A DNA stretch of 26,033 nucleotides. Origin: a virus. Positions 15,344 through 22,349 of the stretch are shown here, one piece after another; position 1 is the stretch's first letter, and each line of letters starts with the position of its first letter. The stretch is from the IMG/VR virus record IMGVR_UViG_2643221492_000001, positions 71,564-97,596 of that record; one strand, written 5' to 3'. A program made the translations under genes and the position numbers. Under the pieces are notes generated by a model. It was not told where the DNA came from, made no database searches, and saw only the letters and a list, made by a program, of their open reading frames with translations.

Positions 15344-16136
15344 CTGCTTCTCCAAAGTTGGTCATCTCTTGCATGAAGTTCGCTCGCTGCTCGCCACGGC
15401 TCTGCCTCTCGGGCGTCTTGACGTATGCGAAGGCAGTCCACTCGCTCGCGTAGTGCAAGCCAGGGCCGAAGAAAGTCGCGGCCTGCTTGATGTAGCGCGG
15501 GTCTGTACGCTGGGTAGTGCAGAAGGCGGCATAGCGCCCTGCGCCCGCCGCCATCTCTGCTGCAGTAGCGCCCTCCTTCAGGCGTGCATTCCAGGCCTTG
15601 AAGGCGTCAGCCTTCGAGTCGCCTGGACGGCGCGGGTATACAGACCATGCGTGCTCGAACTCCTCCGTGTAGGCGATGCGACGGCCCGAGGACTTCAGTC
15701 CTTGCTCAGGATTCAGTCCTTGTTTGAAGTCAGTTCTTGTTTGTGTCGGATTCACCGTATGCGGTCGGCCCGCATACGGTTTGGCCGTATCCGGGTTAGC
15801 CGCTTCCGGCTTTTCCGTAAGCGGTGAGCGGCACTCGCACACGGTGTAGTCGGTGCCTCCAAAGGTGCCACCATCGGCGCGCGCTGTCTCTGCCCGCAGG
15901 TAGCCGGCAGTCTTCAGCTCGCCGATCACTCCATAGACGGCATCACGGCCAGAGGGGCGCGCAGAGGCAGCGGTCTCGTTCACCAGATTGGCAACCGAGA
16001 CGGTCCAGTTGTCAGGCTTGCCCAACAGGAAGATAAGCATGCCCCTCGCGGCCCAGCTCAGGGCGCGGTCCTCGCTTATCGATTTGTCGAGGACGTAGAA
16101 GTTGGCATTTGGGCGCGGCGCCCGGCGAATGCTCAT
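15288..16136 (-). CDS. Phage replication initiator (O-like, N-terminal winged HTH)
   Basis: D..LSWAARG.L.FLL.KPD.W...GRDAVY....EL..AGY; central P-x4 repeats; C-terminal FE.AW..YPR...K..AFKAW...Y.KQ.ATF.GP. Confidence 0.88.
   Translation of the reverse strand: MSIRRAPRPNANFYVLDKSISEDRALSWAARGMLIFLLGKPDNWTVSVANLVNETAASARPSGRDAVYGVIGELKTAGYLRAETARADGGTFGGTDYTVCECRSPLTEKPEAANPDTAKPYAGRPHTVNPTQTRTDFKQGLNPEQGLKSSGRRIAYTEEFEHAWSVYPRRPGDSKADAFKAWNARLKEGATAAEMAAGAGRYAAFCTTQRTDPRYIKQAATFFGPGLHYASEWTAFAYVKTPERQSRGEQRANFMQEMTNFGEADAGRDDRTFDAEARVVGG
15695..15824. repeat. Probable replication origin iterons inside the initiator gene
   Basis: Five CCG-N4-CGG units at exact 15-bp spacing (15755, 15770, 15785, 15800, 15815) plus three TCAGTYCTTG units (15695, 15713, 15730). 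Confidence 0.75.
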
Positions 16137-16165
16137 TGAATACTACTTTCGGTAGGTTGTAGGAC

Positions 16166-16199
16166 GAAAACTGAAAGCGCGCTTTACAAGGCGCGTTTC
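16166..16199 (-). terminator. Possible intrinsic terminator/attenuator between the Cro-like gene and the initiator
   Basis: Minus strand GAAACGCGCC-TTGTAAA-GCGCGCTTTC followed by AGTTTTC; imperfect stem. Confidence 0.4.
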
Positions 16200-16509
16200 A
16201 TTCGAGAACAGGGGCCGGCTCCTTGACACTCCTTCTACCTTTGGTAGCATCCCGGGCACGGTCAGCAACCTTCCCAGCCTTCAACAGGTCTGCGATGCAC
16301 GGGTCACAGACTTGGTGCGGAAGCTCCTGCGTCAACGCGCAGAAGGTCTTGAGACGGTTGTTCGGGACGAAGCCAGCGGACGCCCACTTGTAGATCGACC
16401 ACGCAGTGATTCCATATGCGTGAGACAGAACAGCCACGCCGATGCGCTTGATTGCGCGGTCGATGCGTGCGCCACGGCCGGTGAGGCTATTTTTGAGAGC
16501 TTTATCCAT
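16198..16509 (-). CDS. Cro/YdaS-like HTH regulator (start uncertain)
   Basis: IDRAIKRIGVAVLSHAYGITAWSIYKW...G.VP..R HTH pattern; position upstream of the initiator. Confidence 0.75.
   Translation of the reverse strand: MDKALKNSLTGRGARIDRAIKRIGVAVLSHAYGITAWSIYKWASAGFVPNNRLKTFCALTQELPHQVCDPCIADLLKAGKVADRARDATKGRRSVKEPAPVLE
16223..16250 (+). promoter_or_regulatory. Rightward sigma70 promoter inside the Cro-like gene, overlapped by a 13-bp box
   Basis: TTGACA (16223-16228), 16 bp, TAGCAT (16245-16250); CTACCTTTGGTAG at 16235-16247. Confidence 0.6.
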
Positions 16510-17068
16510 GAGAAAGAACAGAGAGATTGAGTTCGGCAAGCGGGTTTCTGAGGCCCTTGAGCGCAAAGGCGCGACGCTGCACGACTTCGCCAAGGGAATT
16601 GAGAAGAGCTACGAGATGGCGAGGCGCTACAGCCACGGCATCTCCATTCCGCAAGACCCGAAGACCTTGGAATTGATGGCCGCGTACCTGAGCACAAGCG
16701 TCGGGTGGCTGCTGGCGGACGAGTCGAACCAGAAGGCCACGCCTCAGCTTGTCGAGGCATCGGACCTTCGTGAGCCAATTCGCGAGAGAGTCTGCCTGGT
16801 CATTGGCGACAACGCTATGCGAACGGTCGTGCATGGCATCCGCCTCCTTGCGGCTGGAGACCAAGCGATCCTTGCCCCAGTTCGCCCCCGCAATGGCGAT
16901 GTCGTTGCCGTGCGAACAGGCAACACCACCACTCTGCGGAAGCTCGTCGAGTCCGCGGAGTCCGACCAGTACGTCACGGCGGACAACAGCGCACCACCAT
17001 TGAAGGGCGAAGTGCTGGTGCTGGGCGTCGTGACCGAAGCCAGAGGCATGTCTGAACGGATGAAATAA
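16508..17068 (+). CDS. CI-like repressor: XRE HTH plus degenerate S24 domain (probably non-cleavable)
   Basis: FGKRV.EAL...FAK.I..SYEMARRY..G.SIP...A.YL.TS..WLL; C-domain IGDNAM (no Ser) and TLRKL instead of GDSM / T.KRL; no Ala-Gly site in the linker. Confidence 0.8.
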   Translation: MRKNREIEFGKRVSEALERKGATLHDFAKGIEKSYEMARRYSHGISIPQDPKTLELMAAYLSTSVGWLLADESNQKATPQLVEASDLREPIRERVCLVIGDNAMRTVVHGIRLLAAGDQAILAPVRPRNGDVVAVRTGNTTTLRKLVESAESDQYVTADNSAPPLKGEVLVLGVVTEARGMSERMK

Positions 17069-17070
17069 TC

Positions 17071-17259
17071 TCACCGTCGCCCTCCCACAGCCCGCTCATG
17101 GAGCTGGACAAGGGCGGCGCCCGACGTATAGGAAATGTCCTTGACATCGCCTCGTGCCAGCTTGCTAATCGTCGATTGCGTGAGCCGGCTCTCCTGGCCC
17201 ACCGCCTTCTGGCTATAGCCGGCACGAAACAATTCGTTGAGCAATTTTTTCCAGTTCAT
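17071..17259 (-). CDS. cro: Cro-like HTH regulator (62 aa)
   Basis: MNWKKLLNEL..AGYSQ..VG......QSTISKL.RG..KD.SY..G.AL..LH; divergent from cI. Confidence 0.85.
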   Translation of the reverse strand: MNWKKLLNELFRAGYSQKAVGQESRLTQSTISKLARGDVKDISYTSGAALVQLHERAVGGRR

Positions 17260-17267
17260 GACGGCGG

Positions 17268-17296
17268 ATTGTAGTCGCCTACGAATAGACAAGCAA
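17268..17296 (-). promoter_or_regulatory. PR-like promoter with a palindromic operator
   Basis: Minus strand TTGCTT, 17 bp, TACAAT, 8 nt before the cro ATG; operator TAGTCG-CCTA-CGAATA at 17273-17288. Confidence 0.65.
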
Positions 17297-17961
17297 TGGA
17301 CCTACAGCTCGAACAGATTTTTTCGACCTTCGGCGGCCGGCTGAAGTGGGCGCGGGAGCGAGCACGCCTCACGCAGGAGCAGCTTTGTCTCATCGTGAGC
17401 ATGTCCCAGGGCGCCTACTCGAAGCTCGAACGTGGCGGGTCTGGCTCCGAGAAGACCTCCTCTATTGCCAAGGCAGTCAACGTTGACCCGTTCTGGCTGG
17501 AAACCGGACAAGGCTCGCCTGATCCACAGGAGGCGCCAGCCGACGACTTCATCCAAGTGCGCTCGGCCGAGCTTCGACTATCTGCCGGGATCGCTGGAGT
17601 ACAGATCGATTACCTCCACGCCGAGGCCCCTCCTCTGTGGTTCCGCGCTGATTGGATTCGCGAGAAGGGCTACAACCCCAAGCGTCTGCTGTGCACAAAG
17701 GTCAAAGGCCGCAGCATGGAGAAGAGCCTTTTCGATGGCGACACGGTTGTCGTGAATCTGGCAGACACCGAGCCCAAGGACGAGATGGTCTACGCCTTCA
17801 ACTTCGAGGGCGAGCCCGTCGTAAAGAGATTGATCCGCGACCTTGGACAGTGGTGGCTCTCCTCGGACAACGAAGACCAGGGGCGCTACCCGCGCAAGGC
17901 CGCGACCAACCTCTCGCTCATCATCGGCAGGATCATTGCGAAGCAGTCGACCATCATCTGA
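17296..17961 (+). CDS. cI: CI repressor, XRE HTH plus intact S24 autopeptidase
   Basis: RLKWARERA.LTQ..L...MSQ..YSKLERG; cleavage site LSAG; catalytic GRSM and VKRL. Confidence 0.92.
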   Translation: MDLQLEQIFSTFGGRLKWARERARLTQEQLCLIVSMSQGAYSKLERGGSGSEKTSSIAKAVNVDPFWLETGQGSPDPQEAPADDFIQVRSAELRLSAGIAGVQIDYLHAEAPPLWFRADWIREKGYNPKRLLCTKVKGRSMEKSLFDGDTVVVNLADTEPKDEMVYAFNFEGEPVVKRLIRDLGQWWLSSDNEDQGRYPRKAATNLSLIIGRIIAKQSTII

Positions 17962-17997
17962 ATTCGCCAAGAAATATCGCCTCTTGCCAAATAGCTC

Positions 17998-18026
17998 TTG
18001 ACACCTATTCGCTGACGACTTACATT
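17998..18026 (+). promoter_or_regulatory. PL-like promoter with operator in the spacer
   Basis: TTGACA, 17 bp, TACATT; TATTCG-CTGA-CGACTT at 18006-18021 resembles the operator at 17273-17288. Confidence 0.75.
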
Positions 18027-18054
18027 CCAGTCCACACCAACCCGTGGACTGGAC

Positions 18055-18213
18055 ATGAATCACTACGTGAACGCAGGCGTCGTCAAGTCGCTCGCATACC
18101 AACTGGTCGCCTCGCGCGTCGCGGCCGGCCTCCTCAAGATCAAGAACCGTAGGCAGTTCCGCGATGCCGTCATCGCAACTGTCCACTCGGCATTTCTCGG
18201 GAGCGTCGCATGA
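18055..18213 (+). CDS. Small protein (52 aa), first gene of the recT operon, not in the ORF track
   Basis: MNHYVNAGVVKSLAYQLVASRVAAGLLKIKNRRQFRDAVIATVHSAFLGSVA; ATGA overlap with recT. Confidence 0.6.
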   Translation: MNHYVNAGVVKSLAYQLVASRVAAGLLKIKNRRQFRDAVIATVHSAFLGSVA

Positions 18214-19235
18214 CCAGCGAAACCCGCGACCTGCCGATGCTCTTCAAGAACTACATCGAAGAGCCCTTCCGCTTCCAGCAGCTCGCTGAAGCCCTCCCCG
18301 CGCACATCAAGCCGGAGCGCATGGCCCGGCTGGCGATGACCGCCTTCAACAACAGCCAAGCGCTGCGTGATTGCCGCCCCGAATCCATCTTCTCGGCGAT
18401 CCTCCTGGCAGCCCAAGTTGGCCTGGAGATTGGTGTCGATGGGCAGGCCTACCTCGTTCCGTACAAGGGCACATGCACGTTCGTCCCCGGTTGGAAGGGC
18501 ATCGTCGACATCGTGATGCGCGGCGGTCGCGCGACCGTCTGGACTGGCGCCGTCTACGTGGGCGACGAGTTCGACTACGCGCTCGGCAGCTCGCCCTTCG
18601 TCCAGCACAGGCCCGCTCGCGCTGGCAAGAAGGACCGCGAGCTGGACTACACCTATGCAATCGGCGCCATCACCGGCACCGACAAGCTGGTCATCGAAGT
18701 CTGGCCGCGCGAGCAACTCGAAGAGCACTTCGATGCCAACAACAAAGTTGGCGCCAAACACTACCGATACAAGTTTGAGGAAATGTACTTCCGCAAGGTG
18801 CCCCTGCTTCAGGTGTGCAAGTACATGCCGAAGTCCATCGAGCTGACCAACGTTCTCACGGCAGCCTATGCCGCGGAGAACCACGACGAAGTGCGCTCTG
18901 AAGGCGGCGTGATCTACGTGGATCGCGAGGACGATCAACCCGGCCAGGAGCGTCAGCCGGAAGATGTCGTTCGTCAACCGCAGCGCGCCCGTCGTGCTGA
19001 GCCAGCCGACGTAAGCGATGCTGCAGTCAAGACGAGCCCTTCTGCGCCCGTTTATCCTACCAATGCGAGCAACACGCAGCCTCTCGCCACGGAGACGGAG
19101 CGCAACTGGGTAAAGCGAAAGGCAGGAGATGGCTTCGCGCATCTCCTGGAAGACGCGGGCATCACCGACTTCGACCACCTCACCAAGGCGGGCTTGGCGA
19201 AGTGCCGGAACCTCCTCAACGGACAGCCGGCATGA
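18210..19235 (+). CDS. recT: RecT family single-strand annealing protein
   Basis: ALPAHI.PERMARLA.T....L..C.PESI..AI..AAQ.GLE....GQAYLVPY.G.C.F.PGWKG.VD...R.G. Confidence 0.92.
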   Translation: MTSETRDLPMLFKNYIEEPFRFQQLAEALPAHIKPERMARLAMTAFNNSQALRDCRPESIFSAILLAAQVGLEIGVDGQAYLVPYKGTCTFVPGWKGIVDIVMRGGRATVWTGAVYVGDEFDYALGSSPFVQHRPARAGKKDRELDYTYAIGAITGTDKLVIEVWPREQLEEHFDANNKVGAKHYRYKFEEMYFRKVPLLQVCKYMPKSIELTNVLTAAYAAENHDEVRSEGGVIYVDREDDQPGQERQPEDVVRQPQRARRAEPADVSDAAVKTSPSAPVYPTNASNTQPLATETERNWVKRKAGDGFAHLLEDAGITDFDHLTKAGLAKCRNLLNGQPA

Positions 19236-19831
19236 CTAGCCTCGTATTCCGCGAGGGCGATCACACCTACTGGCTCGGCGAACGCCGGTTGCCAAGCGTT
19301 TCTGAAGTGCTCGCGCCAGTGCAGGACTTCGAGGGCATCCCCGAGGCGGTGCTCGCGCGAAAGATCGCCATCGGGAAAGCAGCCCACCTGGCTTGCCAGT
19401 TCCTCGACGAGGGAGACGAGATTGACCCCGCGTCTCTCGATTCCGTTGTCGCGCCCTACGTCCAAGGGTGGCGCCTCTTCGTGGCCGAGAACAAGCCGCA
19501 ATGGACGGTCATTGAACAGAGCATGCACGACGAAGCCCTTGGCTACGCCGGCACACCTGATCGAGTCGGCTTCATGCACGGCAGCGAATGGGTCATCGAC
19601 ATCAAGACCGTTGCGACCGTCTCCGCAGCGACAGCGCTGCAGACCGTGGCGTATCGAAAGCTGATTGCTCCGCGTGCCCAAAGTCGCGAGCCACTCATCA
19701 AACGCGCAGCCGTGCAGCTTCTGCCGACCGGTAAATACAAGCTGCACGAATTCAAAGAGCCCACCGACTGGGCAATTTTTCAATCTCTTCTCAACGTCAA
19801 GCACTGGAGCATTAAGAATGTCAAACGCTGA
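19232..19831 (+). CDS. PD-(D/E)xK exonuclease (RecT partner)
   Basis: F.E..HTY..G...LPSVSEVL...G.AAH..C...YAGT.DR...IDIKT...LQ..AY; ATGA overlap. Confidence 0.85.
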   Translation: MTSLVFREGDHTYWLGERRLPSVSEVLAPVQDFEGIPEAVLARKIAIGKAAHLACQFLDEGDEIDPASLDSVVAPYVQGWRLFVAENKPQWTVIEQSMHDEALGYAGTPDRVGFMHGSEWVIDIKTVATVSAATALQTVAYRKLIAPRAQSREPLIKRAAVQLLPTGKYKLHEFKEPTDWAIFQSLLNVKHWSIKNVKR

Positions 19832-20594
19832 AGCCAGCACCGCGATCCCCTCCTCTCTCACGATCACCGCTCCCGACCGGGCCGCATTGGTCTCCTCATC
19901 GACCAAGCTCCTCGAAGACGCCAAGGCCATCGTGATCGATAGCAACGACATGCTGGAGATTGCCAATGACGAATTGGCCGCGATCAAGGGGAAATGGAAA
20001 GCGCTTGAAACGCAACGCGACTCGCTCGTTCGTCCTCTCAACGACACCGTGCGCGCAATTAACACCATGTTCAGAGGTCCGATGGATGTGCTCGTACAAG
20101 GCGAGCAGATCATCAAGAGCGCCATGCTGACCTACACCACGGAGCAGGAACGCAAAGCGTTAGAAGAACGCAGGCGCCTGGAGCGGGAAGCAGAAGAACG
20201 CCGGCTCCAGGCCGAGAAAGAGGCCGCCGAGGCGCGCGAGAAGCTGGAGGAAGCGGCAGCTACTGGGAGCGATCAGGAAGTCGCGGTTGCGCAAGCTCAA
20301 GTCATCGAGGCCGAGCAGGCAGCAAGCACCTCGCTCGCACCGATTCACTACGTCGCGGCTGCCCCTCGCCTCTCTGGAACCTCTGTGCGCAAGACCTGGA
20401 AGGCTCGCTTGCCCGAGACGGATGACGACAAGCTGAAGGCCCTGGCCTTCATCGTCGCGAACCCGCAATTCCTTCACCTCGTCGAGTTCTCTCAGAGCGA
20501 GTGCAACAAGTTGGCCTCAGCGATGAAGGCAAACATGAAGATCGACGGCATCGTCGCCTACCAGGACTCCGGCATTACGGCACGCGCACGATGA
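19818..20594 (+). CDS. Coiled-coil phage protein of the recombination module (258 aa)
   Basis: GGAG SD; long EAE/ERR coiled coil; C-terminal G.SVRKTWKA...IDGI..YQ. Confidence 0.8.
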   Translation: MSNAEASTAIPSSLTITAPDRAALVSSSTKLLEDAKAIVIDSNDMLEIANDELAAIKGKWKALETQRDSLVRPLNDTVRAINTMFRGPMDVLVQGEQIIKSAMLTYTTEQERKALEERRRLEREAEERRLQAEKEAAEAREKLEEAAATGSDQEVAVAQAQVIEAEQAASTSLAPIHYVAAAPRLSGTSVRKTWKARLPETDDDKLKALAFIVANPQFLHLVEFSQSECNKLASAMKANMKIDGIVAYQDSGITARAR

Positions 20595-20680
20595 AACCCC
20601 TCCCCACACCCACTCCGGCCGACCCGTGGGGCTACGAGCCCCCTGCCAACCCGGTCCCAATCGGTCCGACTGACATCTAG
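20591..20680 (+). CDS. Pro-rich 29-aa ORF, possibly a gene remnant
   Basis: ATGA coupling; MKPLPTPTPADPWGYEPPANPVPIGPTDI. Confidence 0.3.
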   Translation: MKPLPTPTPADPWGYEPPANPVPIGPTDI

Positions 20681-20693
20681 AGCTGACGTGCCG

Positions 20694-21293
20694 CTACTTG
20701 GTCACGGTCATCACATAGCTGGTGGAGCCTTGAAGATGCAGTTGCCATTCATCTCGCCCCATACGGGTCCAGATGTCCTTGAGCGCGGCGTCAATGCTTT
20801 CCGCAAGCTTCCGTGCTGTCTCTGGCTCAAGAAGCGGCTCCCAATCCTCAAGCACCAAATGCGCAGCAGCATCGATAGGGTGCACCCCCTCTGGTATTTC
20901 CAGAAGTGCGCTCTTATCCCGCTTTGCAGGACGCGGATGGGCCAACGCATCACGCGCTCGCATCACACGTTTAACGTCACTCCACGGAAGCTGCCCGTAG
21001 TTCACGCTGGCCCCGACCGATTTCCCGATCAGTTTGAACTTTTCGAGGACAGGCTTGCGCTCTACTCTGGCGCCGTCCTCGTTATCCCAATCATCGCCAA
21101 ATATTCCAGGCCCCTCCGTTTGGCAGAAGCCCTCAACTGCAAAGGCCAACATGACCAGCGCTCCGAGGCCGGCCCAGTAACGACCAGGAACCGTTTCTGC
21201 ATCACGGATTTCCCGGAGACATTTGGCGGCATGCCAAAGAACCGGGAAAGGCTTGAATTCCTTCTCGATCCGAACCTCACTCATCTGCGGCAT
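20694..21293 (-). CDS. HEPN-motif moron protein (putative RNase / defence)
   Basis: ALVMLAFAVEG helix and R-x4-H motif RDALAH; opposite strand to its operon; GAGG SD before ATG 21293. Confidence 0.7.
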   Translation of the reverse strand: MPQMSEVRIEKEFKPFPVLWHAAKCLREIRDAETVPGRYWAGLGALVMLAFAVEGFCQTEGPGIFGDDWDNEDGARVERKPVLEKFKLIGKSVGASVNYGQLPWSDVKRVMRARDALAHPRPAKRDKSALLEIPEGVHPIDAAAHLVLEDWEPLLEPETARKLAESIDAALKDIWTRMGRDEWQLHLQGSTSYVMTVTK

Positions 21294-21387
21294 CTCTGTC
21301 CCTCGTGCTTGGATAAACAAGTATGGACGAGCCGGTCAGCTCACGCATCGCCGAAACATGTCAGACGAGTCAGGCTAGTGATGTGAC

Positions 21388-21415
21388 TTGACAATCCTAC
21401 CGATAGTAGTATTAT
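21388..21415 (+). promoter_or_regulatory. Sigma70 promoter for the ssb operon with 13-bp box in the spacer
   Basis: TTGACA, 16 bp, TATTAT; CTACCGATAGTAG at 21397-21409; 21385-21410 matches 3850-3875 at 24/26. Confidence 0.85.
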
Positions 21416-21455
21416 CGCGTTTCCAAAACCACCACGCTTTACACACAAAGGCTAT

Positions 21456-22007
21456 ATGGCAAGCGTTAACAAAGTAATCATCGTCGGCAACCTCGGGAAA
21501 GACCCCGAGGTCCGCACTTTCCCAAGCGGCGATCAAGTCGCCAACGTCAGCGTCGCAACGACCGACAAGTGGAAAGACAAGCAGAGCGGAGAGATGCGCG
21601 AAGCGACCGAATGGCATCGCATCGTCTTCAATGGCCGCTTGGCAGAGATCGCTGGACAGTACCTGCGCAAGGGCTCGCAGGTCTACGTCGAAGGCTCCCT
21701 CCGCACCCGCAAGTGGACCGACAAGGATGGCGTCGAGCGCTACTCGACGGAGATTCGCGCGGACAACATGCAGATGCTGGGCAACAAGCAACGCAGCCAG
21801 GACGACGGCTACGGTGAGCCGAGCGGCTACGGCGGCCAATCGCAAGGTGGCGGCTACTCCCGCAACGCCCCAGCGCAGCAGCCGAGCGGGCGCAACGGAT
21901 ATGCCGATGCACGAGGCCGCTCTCAGCCTCCGGCACAGCCGCAGCGACAAAAGGCTCCGCGAAGCAGCACTGGCTTCGATGACCTGGACGATGACATCCC
22001 GTTCTGA
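21456..22007 (+). CDS. ssb: Single-stranded DNA-binding protein
   Basis: [20 protein letters not shown]...TEWHR...[18 protein letters not shown]...DDDIPF. Confidence 0.98.
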   Translation: MASVNKVIIVGNLGKDPEVRTFPSGDQVANVSVATTDKWKDKQSGEMREATEWHRIVFNGRLAEIAGQYLRKGSQVYVEGSLRTRKWTDKDGVERYSTEIRADNMQMLGNKQRSQDDGYGEPSGYGGQSQGGGYSRNAPAQQPSGRNGYADARGRSQPPAQPQRQKAPRSSTGFDDLDDDIPF

Positions 22008-22028
22008 CCACCATCGCTTCTCTCTCGT

Positions 22029-22053
22029 GAGCCTCCCGGCTCGGCTTTTCTTT
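22029..22053 (+). terminator. Possible intrinsic terminator after ssb
   Basis: GAGCC-TCCC-GGCTC hairpin followed by GGCTTTTCTTT. Confidence 0.45.
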
Positions 22054-22082
22054 GCCCATTCAACCTACTAATAGGAGTTTTT

Positions 22083-22349
22083 GTGAGCATTAAACCGCAA
22101 CCGATGACCCCAGTCGTCCGCCCCCACATCCCCATCAACAAGGTCGAGTCTTCGATGATCGAAGGCTGCGGCTACGACGCCGCTCGCAAATGCTTGCGCG
22201 TCACGTTCAAGGGCGGGAAGAGCTACGACTATGAAGACGTACCGCCCGAACTGCACGCGAGCCTGCTGAAGGCCGAATCGGCGGGCAAGTTCATCAATGC
22301 CCACATCGCCCGTCGCTTCAAGACCCACAGGCTGGAGTCTTCGAAGTGA
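22083..22349 (+). CDS. KTSC domain protein
   Basis: VESS.I...GYD.....L.V.FK.G..Y.Y.DVP.......L.A.SAGKF.N.HI; AGGAG SD. Confidence 0.9.
   Translation: MSIKPQPMTPVVRPHIPINKVESSMIEGCGYDAARKCLRVTFKGGKSYDYEDVPPELHASLLKAESAGKFINAHIARRFKTHRLESSK

Noticed and set aside
19232-19831. Cas4 / CRISPR association of the PD-(D/E)xK nuclease
   Set aside because: Lacks the four-Cys Fe-S cluster pattern; context next to recT indicates a recombination exonuclease.
20670-21364. Short inverted repeats (GAGCTGAC/GTCAGCTC, CTGACAT/ATGTCAG) flanking the HEPN gene as transposon ends
   Set aside because: Only 7-8 bp, no target duplication and no transposase; could be chance.
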